Shown: positions 43,646-56,054 of the stretch, piece by piece
How the letters are laid out: each line of letters starts with the position of its first letter
Position numbering within the stretch: position 1 is the first letter of the stretch
NCBI GenBank assembly: GCA_002104945.1
Contig: MCFH01000026.1
Location: 124,001 to 188,000 of the forward strand
Direction: 5' to 3'
From: Piromyces finnis finn
Taxonomy: Eukaryota > Fungi > Neocallimastigomycota
DNA: 64,000 bases
Notes under the pieces: generated by a model
Databases searched by the model: none
Seen by the model: the letters and a program-made list of their open reading frames with translations, nothing else
Told to the model about the DNA's origin: nothing
Program-made: the position numbers and the translations under genes

Positions 43646-46600
43646 ATGGACAAAAATAAAGACATTAAAAATACATCCTCCGAATCATTATCGGCTAAAA
43701 AAGTTGATGAAATACTATCAGATATAGGTAATTTATATAATAATTTCATATTATATATTTTTTTTAATTTATTTATATATTTTGGCTATTTAAATAAACA
43801 TTTTAAATAAACATATTCTACTGAAAACTAAAGATAATATTAATATGGAACTAGGAGAATCAATATCATTTCCAGGTATTTAACAAAATATATTAAAAGT
43901 TTTCTAATATAAAAATGATGTTTTTTTTTAATTGAGTTATATAAATATATAAATATATAAATAGAAAACATACTTTCAATACAAACTACTGAAATTGAAA
44001 GCGATATATCATCCATTTTTAGTGATGAAGAAATGAAAGATGAATTAAATTATAAAAATCAAGAAGTTATTAAAGACAACATGTTTATAAATAAGATTTA
44101 TAATATACTTAATAAAAGTCATAAGAATTATAATAATGTCAATAATAATGTCATTGATAATAATCCTTCCATATTAGATTCAGATAAGCCTGTGATATCA
44201 GTTGATCTTAACGAAAGTCTAGTTGAAGATAATGGTAAAATAAATAATATGAATATGTCTATTCAAAGTTCAATAAATGATGATCTTAATGATATTAAAA
44301 TTTCAAATCATTCATGTAGTATCACAGATGAAAATTCAACAAATAATTCATTTCATGATTCCTATTTGGATTCATATAATTTTAATGATAAAATAGTTCA
44401 AAATATAGAGAATAACCAACAATGTTTTGATGAATCATCACTAAAAAATTTTAATAAATATAAAGATAATATTACTTTTGATATTGAAAGCAATAAGAAA
44501 ACAAGTAGGTGTAGTTCATCTGGATTATTTATAAGTGATCAATTAGAAAAGTCATTAAATAGTAATAATGATTACAAAATTAATAAAAATATAGTTGGTC
44601 AATTGACAATGTATCTTGATAAATTTAAGGTATTAGAAGCTACAATTGAGGATTTAGAATTAAGCAATAAAGAATATAGAAAAAAGAATATGTATATAAG
44701 ATCAAAATTTTTGTCTCTAAAAGAAAAAAATAAAATATTAGAAAAAGATTTAAAACAAACAAAAAAGATAAATGATGAAAATTCAAAAAAATTAGAAAAG
44801 CTCTTAACAAAAAATGAACAAAATTATATTAAAACAAATAATGATAATACTATTTTGATTAGTGATTTAAATTGTAAAATTAGAAAGCTATCAAATCAAC
44901 TTGATAAATGTAAAAACAAGGAAAAAGAATATATAAAAAATATTACAGAAAAGGAAACTCAAATTGAGAATTATGAAAGTATTATAGAATCAACAAATAC
45001 GAAAAATAAAAAGTTACAAGAAAGTTTAGAAAATGCAGAAATTAATATTAATTCAATAAGTATAAATAATGATAAAATTAAAAATCACATGAATAAATTA
45101 ATGGATGAAAATCAACACCTCACATCAAATAATGATTCCCTGCAGAAGGAAATCATTGCCATTAAAGAATCTTACAATTCAATATCATGTGAAAATAGTA
45201 ATTTGAAAGAAAAACTAAATGTATACAATAAAGAGTCAAAAATTTATGAAAATAAAATAAATCAATTAGAAAAAGAATCATTATCATTAAATAAATTAAC
45301 GTCAGATTTAACCAAGGAAAAGGATTCTCTAAATGAACAATGTGTTCAATTAAAAAATGATTGTATAATAATAAAGAACAAATATAATAATTTATTGATA
45401 ATAAAAGATGAGACAGAAGAATCTGTTAAAAAACTTAAGCAAGATTTAAATAGTTCCAATAATAAATATTCAGAATTAAATAGTAAAACCCAACATTTAC
45501 AAAAATTAAATAATGATTTAGAAATAAAAAATAACCAACTGGATTGTGAATTAAATAATATAATTAAAACAAATAAAGATTTAAAGCATAATGTACAAAA
45601 GTTAGAAAATGATATATCAACATTAGAATCCGAAAATCGCGATTTGAAATTTAAACTATTAGACATGGAATCTCTTAATTACTGTCAAGAACTTTCAAAA
45701 AATGAAATAGAGAGGCAGATTAAATATTTAAAAATTCATTATAATATTGATGATGGTGATGATGATGATGATGATGATAATAAAGAAAAAGAAAATGAAA
45801 TAACCTCCAAATACATTGAAACAATAAAAAATCTTAAAACTAAAAATAATGAACTTCAAAAAGCAAATCTATCTTTAATAAATGTTAATAATAATTTAAA
45901 AAGAAAACTAGTAAATCTAAAGAATCAAGAATTACCAGTTCATAACAATAGATTAAATCACTGTCGTTCCAGATCGTTGGACAGTTGCTTAATTAATAAT
46001 AAAAGTAATAATAAAAATGAAAATCTTAAGAAACTTATTAAAAATAAATCAAATCAAGATTTAGTAAATAATATTAAAAGTTTAAAGTCACTATTTCAAA
46101 ATTTCTTAAAAGTAGAAATGGAAAATCTTAATTATAATAAATACGAAAAGGAATACAAGCAGTCAAATAAATTCGTTGAAACTGTAAATTCTAATATAAA
46201 CTTTATTGAGTCATTTATATCTCAATATATAAAAGAGAGTGGTATAACTATGAAAAATAAAAAAGATGTAATCATTAATAAAAAAGTTAGTGTAACTTTA
46301 CAAGACTTAAGAGAAAGTTATAATAATAATCAGAAATTTTTAAGTTCTGTCTATGGTGATTATAATAAATTATATTTAAAATTTAAAGAATTCATTCAAG
46401 TTTTCCATGACGTATTTAATCTTTGTGATGAATATATTTTATTTGAGAATTCAGAAGGAATGAATAATTATGTTGATTCTATTAATTTCTCAAGTCAATT
46501 GAAAAATCTTGAAAACCAACATGATATATTATTAAATGAATATGAAAATTACAAAATGAAGATGGATACAGACTTAAGAGATAAAAAAACGAAAATTAAA

Positions 46601-47128
46601 AAACAATTAAAAGAAATGAAAAAAATGAAAAAAAGTTATACAACTCAGAAAAATACTATTATGAATTTAAAAAATATGCTAAATGATTACAAAAAGAAAT
46701 ATGAAGTTTGTATAAGTAATAAGGATCAATTTAATGGTAATAATGATGATGACAAAAAGTCAAATAGTGACTATGAAAGTATAATTAAATCTAAAAGTGA
46801 AGAAATCCAGCGACTTCAAGAATTGTGTAATTCTATTACTAATAAAGAAGCGGAAAACATTAAGGTTTTATTAAATAAAATTAAGAGAACAAAAATCGAA
46901 ATTAAAAATAAAAATAAAATTATTAATGAGCAAAAAGAGAGACTAAATCATTTCAATAAAACTTTAACATTGAGAGAAAAAGAGAAAGAGCAGAAAAATA
47001 CTGAATTGCAATTTACCTACTCTCAATTAAGTAATTTAATGAAGTCATATAAATTATTAAAACAAGAAAGAGATTCATTATCAGAGGAACTTTCCACAGC
47101 TAATAAAAAATTAAACAAAATTAAATAA
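43646..47128 (+). CDS. Uncharacterised coiled-coil protein (~1095 aa, 3 exons), divergent from the previous gene
   Basis: Exons 43646-43727 (G|gtaatt), 43834-43875 (G|gtattt), 43965-47128 are phase-consistent and extend the 44033 ORF N-terminally (MDKNKDIKNTSSESLSAKK...). Long K/N/E/L heptad segments. Confidence 0.85.
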
Positions 47129-47767
47129 TAATAATTAATATAAGTTTTGTTAATATTAATTATTTTTATTAGATATAAATAATTTAAAGCTTTAGCCATT
47201 TTATACCTTTTACATTTCAGCAACATTCATTTATTTTTTTTTAATTATTCACTTTTCCTTTTTTTTTTTGATTAGTAATTAATATACTATCATCACAAAA
47301 AATATATAACTTTATATATTCAAACTCCATCAACATTTTTTTATATTTTAATAATTCAAGAACATCAATCAAAATAAAAAAAAACTAAAATGAATACCAC
47401 ATTTTTTTAATATGTATTTCTTTTAATATTTTCTTTTAAATATTATATAAAATTTATTTTTTTTAAAGATAAGAAATATAAAATATTGACTTTTTTTTTT
47501 CTAAAATATATAATCTTTTCTTTATCTATTAAATACTTTCTATGTCTTTAGTTGATTAATTAATATTTTTTTTCACAATTAAAGTAATAAGATATTATAC
47601 ATTATAATAATAATTATAATATTTTTTTAAAGTATAATTAAAAATTATTTAAAAATATTAAAATTTCAGATTAACAATAAAAAAATAATAATAAATTTAT
47701 AAACAAAAAGGTAAAAAAAAAAAGTATTAATATTTCTTTTTTCAAAAATAAGAGATAATAAATTAAT

Positions 47768-50700
47768 TTAAATGCTCATTTGAGATAAAAGTTTAGTGCA
47801 TATTTTCTTATAATTCCATACACCTCCATATAATCTCTTAAAATGTAAACCATAAGAAGCTAATCTAGGAATATGACAAATTTCAATTTGGAATCTTAGA
47901 CTACTTTTGTTCTTATTTTTATTACCATTTTTATCGTTCATACTGTCTTCAAGATCTCTTTCATAATTACTTGTTGGCGATGATGCCATAATTAAAGAAT
48001 TATCATTTTGATCAAGAAAATCATTAACATCCAAGCATTCACATTCAAATGTACTATTACCATCATAATAATGTGGAATATTATTAGTTTGTAGAACGCG
48101 GGTGATTTCGTATATTATTTCTTGTAAAGTTTTATTTGATGTTGCTGAAACGTTAATAAACCATCCAGAAACAGCACGAATTTCTTCCTTTGCCTTTGAT
48201 GTGATACTGCTTTTACGTTGTTGATTATATGTTGAAAAAGTAGGAAGTGAATGTCTACGATAGTGTTCTTCATAGTCATCACCATTTTCTTTCAAGGTAT
48301 CGGATTCCATTTGATTTTGGCCATAACCATTATTTTTCATATTATTTTTATACATCATGTTATAATCATAATTTCCAATTTTTGGTAATTGACCATGCTC
48401 AAGAACAGATGACGCTGACTCAGGTTGATTAGCATTTATTATATCAGATTCAAATTTCATATCAAGTTTATTTGGTTTACTGTTACCAATTGGACATTGA
48501 ATTGAAACAGGATATGAATTAATGCTATTATTACTAACGCGTTCCGGGGAAATATTATTACTACTATAAAGACATCCTGCATTTGGACCTTGAGCATTTG
48601 ATCCATTAAATAATTTTTGAATTCTATTAGAATTTGGACTTATCATTGGAGGTTTTTGAATGAAATGTCCATTGACAGCTTCAGTTTCGATAGGTTGTGA
48701 AGTATATTGTTTTTCATATTTATTTCCCATTGACATACACATATATGGATCAATTCCTGGTTTATTGATAGTATTCGAATTAATTTTATAACCATCAGAC
48801 AATCTTCTTGTTTCAATTGATGAAAATGGTTGATTTTGACTTGATGGTCTATTTATATAAGATGTAGTATTATTTTGATTACGAATTATTTCTTGATTCT
48901 TTAATTGATATTTATTACTATTGCTTTGTTCTGGATATAAGACAGAATATTCATCATGATCTGTGTAATTTGTTTGTATTGGATTATAATTTGTTTTAGA
49001 TGCTTCATTTAACTTTTTCGTACTAGAACTAGAGGATTCATTTGGATATTGACATTTTGTGATTCTTGAACTTGTTTCTAAAAAAAATAATAAAAGTTTT
49101 TAATATTAGTATTAATAATTTAAATTATTGTGATCATTAATAAATAATTCATTTATTATTATCTATAAAAATATATTTGAAATATTTATGTACCGGCATC
49201 CATGTTTTGATTAGACTTCATATCTGATATTTCCATATCATTATCACTTCTTTTTTGATCAGCTTTATATTGTCCTTTTAATTGCTGTTGTTGCTGTTGT
49301 TGTCGTTGTTGTTGTTGTTGCTGTTGTTGTTGTTGTTGTTGTTGTTGCTTTTGACTACTTCCTGATTGGTGATGATGATGATGATGTTGAGCTTTTCTTT
49401 CACGGGCTTTACGCTCTTCTCTTTGTAACATTTCGTATAATAACCAATAAGTACTTCTGATTGGATGTGGACGATTTGGATCTGCTTCGACAAATGCTTT
49501 AATTACATCTTCTCGCTTATATCCGAAATGAGACAATCTTTTAATAATATCTTGGTCTAATAATTTTTCATCTCTAATTACTGGACGAATGGTCATATAA
49601 TTAGATGGGGGATGGCTATAACCTTCATTGACCCAACGATGATGTAAAACTTCATCAAGAGTTGCTCTTTTATGTGGATCCACAGTAATTAATCTTGAAA
49701 TTAAATGTCTAGCATCTTTTTTTATAATAAATAATAATAATAATAATAATAATAACAACAACAACAATAATAATTAATATATACATTATGATTTATTTAT
49801 CAAAATAAATCATAATAATTTCATTAATTAAATTGATATAAATACCTGGCATTAAATAGTCTGGTACAGTATATGTTCCACTTGCAATTTTTTTATATAA
49901 TTCTTTCATATTAGCATCATCAAATGGTAAATGTCCACATAATAATGCAAATAAAATAACACCTAAACTCCACATATCAACTTCTGGTCCTTCGTATTTT
50001 TTACCCAAAATCATTTCTGGAGCTGCGTAAAATGGTGATCTAAAAATATTTTTTTGTATAAATATTTCCATTATTTTTTATTTCAATTAAAATCAATGTA
50101 TTTTTTTAATATATGTAGTAATACGATGATGTTACATACCCACAAAAAGTATCAAGATATCCATTTTCAATAAATGTATTACCGAATCCAAAATCAATAA
50201 TTTTAATAGATTTTGTTTCATCTAATAATAAATTTTCTGGCTTTAGATCTCTATGGATAACATTATTCTATAGATAATAGTTTAAAAACAATAATTTTTT
50301 TTTTGATTATATAATTATATTAAAAAAAATTTATCTAATTAATATGACAATAAATAAATAAAACAATTTATATAATTAAATATCATTTACTATATACTAT
50401 ATAATCCTAACCTTATGACAATAATCCACTGCACTTAAAACCATTCTAAAGAAAGCTCTTGCTTCTTTTTCCTTAACTCTTTTATGTGCTACAATATAAT
50501 CGAACAATTCTCCACCAACAGCATATTCCATTACAATATAAATACATTCAGTTGTTTCTATGACATCATATACTTTTACTATATGTGGATGATAAAGTAA
50601 TTTTAAAAAACGAATTTCACGTTGTAATCGAGCAATTTGTTTTTGAGATTGAAGTTGTGATTTTTCAATAATTTTTACAGCAACCTTTTTTTTTAAATAT

Positions 50701-50917
50701 AGTAATATTAAATAATTGTTAAATAAAAAGAAAATTAAATGTAAAAAGATTACATCATCAATATTAATATAACAAAGACTTTTTTTAATAATAACGAGAT
50801 ATTTACTTTATCATTTGTTTTAACATGAATTCCTAATTTAACTTTTCCATATGTACCTTGACCTATCGTTTTTTCAAGTCTATAGTCACCAACCATAACA
50901 CTCGCATTTTCTGACAT
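47768..50917 (-). CDS. KIN1: Kin1/MARK/Par-1 family Ser/Thr kinase with UBA-like and C-terminal KA1 domains (~845 aa, 6 exons)
   Basis: Phase-consistent exons: 50917-50807, 50684-50412, 50267-50140, 50039-49846, 49715-49194, 49077-47768. Motifs [47 protein letters not shown]; UBA-like [11 protein letters not shown]; KA1 [39 protein letters not shown]. The symbol denotes the family, not proven orthology. Confidence 0.93.
49282..49386 (-). repeat. Coding poly-His and poly-Gln (CAA/CAG) tracts in the kinase linker
   Basis: [37 protein letters not shown] in the 49186-49767 ORF. Confidence 0.92.
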
Positions 50918-52199
50918 GATTCTATAGGTTTAAAACAATTACTGATTTTTCTTTTTCTTTTTCTTTTTTTTTTTTTTTTTGTATTATTAAATCTTATAAT
51001 TTAAAATTCTCGATAATGATAAACTTGTTGATTAAATTTTTTAAAATATTTAAAAATTATATATTTTTATAGAATTAAAAATAAGTTATTAAATAGAAAT
51101 AAAGATGGATATATTAATATTAGTTTACATAATAATTAATATATAAAAATAAGCATGTATATATATGTTTTAAAATGTTTAAAATGAATATTATTAATGA
51201 ATATATATTATTAAAATAATCAATATTCATAATATATATTATTTTACCTTTCAAAAAAAAAAAAGTGAATAATTTCAACTGAATTATTATATTTTTTTTT
51301 TTAAAAAAAAAAAAAAAAACTAAAATACTAAAAGAAAAATAAAAATGAAAAAAGAAAATTTAAAGAAAATATTACAATGTTACTAATATTAAAATTAGAA
51401 AAAAACTACAATTTTTTCTATGTTAATAAAAAATTAAAACGAATGGAACTCTTAAAATATATATGAATATTGTTTATTACTTTGATTTCTACTGTGATAC
51501 TGACTTTTTAATTCTATTCAAAATTTTTATGTAATTAGAGTAGCTCCTTTTTTTTTTTTGCTAATTTTTTAATTTATTTCAAAGTTATTCGATTATTGAG
51601 TTATCCTCGTATGAATTATATAATTATCCAATCCTCAATATTTTTTTAATGTAATAATATGCAATAATTACAATTACTGAATCTATATTTATTGGCTTAT
51701 TTGTGAATATTGGAAATTACAATAACTATGTAGATAAAGATATAACGAAAGGTTTCTTTTTCTTTTAACAATGCTTTATAATTAAAAGGCTGAAGTTAAT
51801 CTTTTTTTTTTTTTTTTTGACGACGTTTTCTATTATATACAATTTTTCTTATTGTTTTATTTTATGAAATAATTTACACATTAAACTTTTTTCTTTCTTA
51901 GAAAATAAATTTACATATGTTTTTTTTTTGGTAATATATATAACTTTGAATATGAAAAGTAGAGTATAATAGTATTAGTTTTTTTTTTTTTTTTTTATTT
52001 CATAGTAGATAAATTAATCATAATAATTAATCATCGAACAAATTTTAATAATTTATTAAAGAATTGTTTTAATATTATTATTATATATATATATATTTCC
52101 AACAAATTTTTAATATTTTTCTTTATTGCTCTTCTTTTTATTTTATTTTATTTTTTTTTGCTTGCTTGTTTCGAGAACTCTTTCACTAATAATATTTTA

Positions 52200-52232
<33 letters not shown>

Positions 52233-53220
52233 ATTATTTTTTTTCTTTCTTTTTTTTAAAATTATAAAAAGAAGATAAAATTAAAAATAAATCAATACTT
52301 TAATAATACCATATATTACAATTGATTAATAATACATATACTTTTTTTATTATTCTTCGAGTTAATTAAAAATTAAATTTTAAAATATCTATATATATAT
52401 AATATTTTTATATGTAAATATTTATAAATAGGTTATATATATTACATTATACTATTATATATATAAATGAAAAACTTTAAAATTCTATTTACAAAAATAA
52501 AATAAAATGTAAGATAAAAATAAAAAAAAAAAAAAAAAAAATCTCCAAATAATAATTATATAAGAATAGTTAAATCAATCAAAAATACTAATTAATTAAA
52601 TAAAAAGATCCAATTTAATTTGAATAAAAAAGCAAGGTGTTGCATTAAAGAAATAAAAAAAAAAAAAAGGCAGCATAGTAATATTAATAAAAAAATAATA
52701 CATTATTTTTAAAAATAGTTCAATATTAAAAGTAAAAATATAAAATTTAATTATTTCATTTTTAAAAAAAAATCTTATATATAATACAATTAATGAAACT
52801 TTTTTTTTTTTGAGACATAGAATGATAATTTTATTAAAAAGATCTCATATACTATAATAACATTATATTAAAATATTGGTTAATAACTAAAAAAAAAAAG
52901 AAAATTTTATAATAGTATTGTTTTTTGTTGTTATTATTTTTAAAAAGAAATATAAATATACAATAGTTAAATGAATGAAATAATATAATTCAAAATTAAA
53001 ATATTTAGTATAATATTCTTATTTATAATGGATAAAATAAAAAAAAAAAAAAGCTATATATAAATTAAAAATATAAAATATAAACTTTCTTGATGAGATT
53101 TTAAACTTTCATAGAATTGTTGGTATAAATAAAATTGAACCTAAAAAAAATCTTTATCATTTAAAAGTTTCATTTTTTTTTTTTTAATACTTTAAACTGA
53201 ATAACAATCTACTCATGATA

Positions 53221-53232
53221 TTCGCGCGCCAA
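53221..53232. promoter_or_regulatory. Isolated E2F/SBF-like CG motif TTCGCGCGCCAA
   Basis: An 8-bp all-G/C run in otherwise extremely AT-rich intergenic DNA, resembling TTT(C/G)(C/G)CGC on both strands. Function not shown. Confidence 0.3.
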
Positions 53233-53766
53233 GATGAATAAAAATATTATTTAAAATCTCAAAAAAAAAAAATAATAATAATAATAATAAATATTTAAAA
53301 TAATTATTGTTTTACATTTTATTCATTTAGTGTATATTATTAATTTCATTAAAAAAATTAGAGTTGAAAATGAAATGAATTTATGTCATTAACTATATTT
53401 AAGAAAATGAAAATATAATTAGGAGACAATTTTTTTTATTGTGTATGGACAAACTTTTTAACTTTTTAATATGATTAGATTCCTAATTATAGATTAAAAA
53501 AGTAAAAATTTTATATGATAATAAAAAGTATGAATTATTTTGATAGATATCCTTTTTCTAATATAATTTAACTTTTTGAATTATACACATTTCTGAAAAA
53601 ATGAAATTAGGAAATTTTTATACATTTGTATCCCAAATATTTTTTTTTAAAAAAAAGTGAAAAAAATAATAATAATAAAAAAAGATTTTCACTATACAAT
53701 TAATCACATTATAAATCATACTTTTTCAATTATATTATTCTAACTTTTTTTTTATAAAAGTCTTTA

Positions 53767-54093
53767 TTCATTTTTCCCCATTAATATTCTTTAAAACTAA
53801 TATTTGTAAACCTATTTTGAGTTTTTTATAATATTAATTAAAATTTAATATTGTTAAAGCTTTAAAAAAAATGATTATATATATGGATTTTAATAAATCG
53901 TGAATGAAAATATATTATAATTAGACATAAGAAGGGTCATCTTTATTCTATCGGATATAATAATTGTATTTTATTTTCAGTGTAAAAAAATTAAAATTTA
54001 TCAGGAGGGTCACAACCACCTAGCAATAGGAAGGAACGAACACTTCTTTAAGAACCACTATTGGAGCTTACTCTGATTGATGGGAGAAATGAA
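53767..54093 (+). ncRNA. Candidate RNase MRP RNA (or a relic of one)
   Basis: AACCACTATTGGAGCTTACTC (54053-54073) resembles MRP CR-V. It is followed by 54076-54093, which pairs with 53767-53785 (18 bp, one bulge, two G-U). CCTA-GCAA-TAGG is a GNRA hairpin. The CR-I candidate is poor (GTTAAAGCTTT at ~53853-53863). Confidence 0.35.
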
Positions 54094-55955
54094 CTAGGTA
54101 CTCAGTAGTTAAAAAAAAAAAAGAATTATTATTATTATTATTAATTTTTTTTCATCAACTTTAAATTAATATCTAATAAAAATTTTTTAATAATAATATT
54201 AATATTTATTATAAAAATACTGCTTTCAATTTTCAGGATATATTAATTTTTATGGTTTAACTATTAACTTTATTAAAGTTTATAGTTATTTATATATAAA
54301 TAAAATAATAATAATAATAATAAAAAAAAAAACATGTAAAAAAAACTTTGAATAAAAAAAAAAACTTAATTTATTAATATAATAACCTAAATTTTTCCCG
54401 AAATTTTTCAAAAGAGAAACTTAAAAATGGTTACACAAGTAATATCTTTTTTTTTTTAAAGTTAAATCAATGTCATTTAGCATTTAACTTTTATAAAGGT
54501 TGTATGAAATATTTATGTATTTTCAATGATTTGGATAAAGATTTTAAGAATTTTAGATGACTATTAGATTTTTGATATTATCAGAGAATAATGTTATTTT
54601 TTTTTTTATTTCTAGTTTGATTATAATCCTATAAATATCAATTATTTTTTGTGTTTAATAAAATTCTTTTAAAACCATTATTGAATGATAGTAAAATTAT
54701 ATATTCATTAACGAATAAAGTTTATTTTCATACATTCTATCTTAATTTATAAATACATAAATAAAAACAAAATGAATGAATAATAAAAATATCATTTTAA
54801 TATTTTGATATAACATTATGTTGTAAACTAAAGTATAAAGAATAGTTCACAATATATAAACAAATAATGTATATTTAATCTAGTAAAATTTTATATTGCA
54901 TAGAAGGATAATAATTAAATTTTAGTAATATTTTATTATAGTACATATAGAATTTTATATCATAATAATAGCTATTAGAAATAGGAAAATTATTAATTCT
55001 TATTAATTTTATATGATAAATTTCTAATAGTACTACTATATGAGAAAAGTATAATTTAATTAGAATAGGAAAAATGGTAATATTGAAATAGTAGAAATAG
55101 TAGAAAAATAGCTAAACTAAACAGGAGAGCTCCTTAGTTCATAAATAGTAAATAATTAATAAAATTCATTATAATCAGTACCCTCTTAAAATGTATATAA
55201 ACACAATTATACCTGAACTTTAATGGTAAATGTTTTATGTTTTATATATACAATATTAAAATTTAGTTTTTTAATGTCTTATTGATGTTATTGCTTTTTA
55301 TTATAAATTTAAATTTAAATTTCTTTTTAAAACATATATAAGTTTTATATTTTCTTATTTTTTTATTCTTTTCTTTATTGATGTCTATAAATTTTTATAC
55401 CTATATATTAAATGATTATAATTTAATATATAATAATAAATTATATGATAAATTTTTTAAAAGTTATAAATAAATAAAATAAAATAAATAGATCGTAAAC
55501 CTTTTTTAAAAGTATATGAATATGTATATATAAAGGAATATATATATTTAAAAGAATGAATTAATTTATTTATAATATAAATATATATTTTTAATCATTT
55601 CCTTTTTTTTTTTTCTTTTTTCTTTTTTTTTTTTTTTTTTTTAAAAAAAAGGGTATTTTTTGATATATAATATAATATATATTAAATAAATAGGTTGGAT
55701 TAAATGAATAAAGAAAGCTTTATAAATAAGATTAATGAAATAATAATAAAAAAAAATTATACTAATATTACTGTATTGATTATTTTTTTAGCAACTATAT
55801 AAATGAATGTTTTTCTCCTTGTATTGATAATTGTAATTGCATTAATATAAAAATTATTTTAGTTTTATATGTATATATATATATATATTTAGAATATAAC
55901 TTGAAAAGAATTGATGTTTAAAATGAAAAATATATTTGTAGTATATATGGTGAAT

Positions 55956-56054
55956 GATTTTCAAATAATAGACTAGAAAATTTTCATTTTATTGTTTTTC
56001 TTTTTTAACTATCGATTTTCAAATAATAGATTAGAAATTCTCATTTTATTATTT
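55956..56054. repeat. Diverged ~42-bp direct duplication of a gene's last codons
   Basis: 55956-55997 versus 56014-56054: three substitutions and one indel. Confidence 0.85.

Noticed and set aside
35917-48432. Small overlapping ORFs within the PUF, coiled-coil and kinase genes
   Set aside because: Off-frame or antisense shadows of well-supported CDSs.
53767-54093. The 18/19-bp arms as MITE terminal inverted repeats
   Set aside because: No target-site duplication flanks them, and the mismatches are G-U compatible, which fits an RNA helix better. Not fully excluded without a copy-number search.
54001-54110. GC-richer island as 5S rRNA, SRP RNA, U snRNA or tRNA
   Set aside because: Only patchy similarity (e.g. 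GATGGGAGA). It lacks the 5S GATC/GTTAAGC/AGTAC core, the SRP helix-8 motif, U snRNA signature sequences and a cloverleaf.
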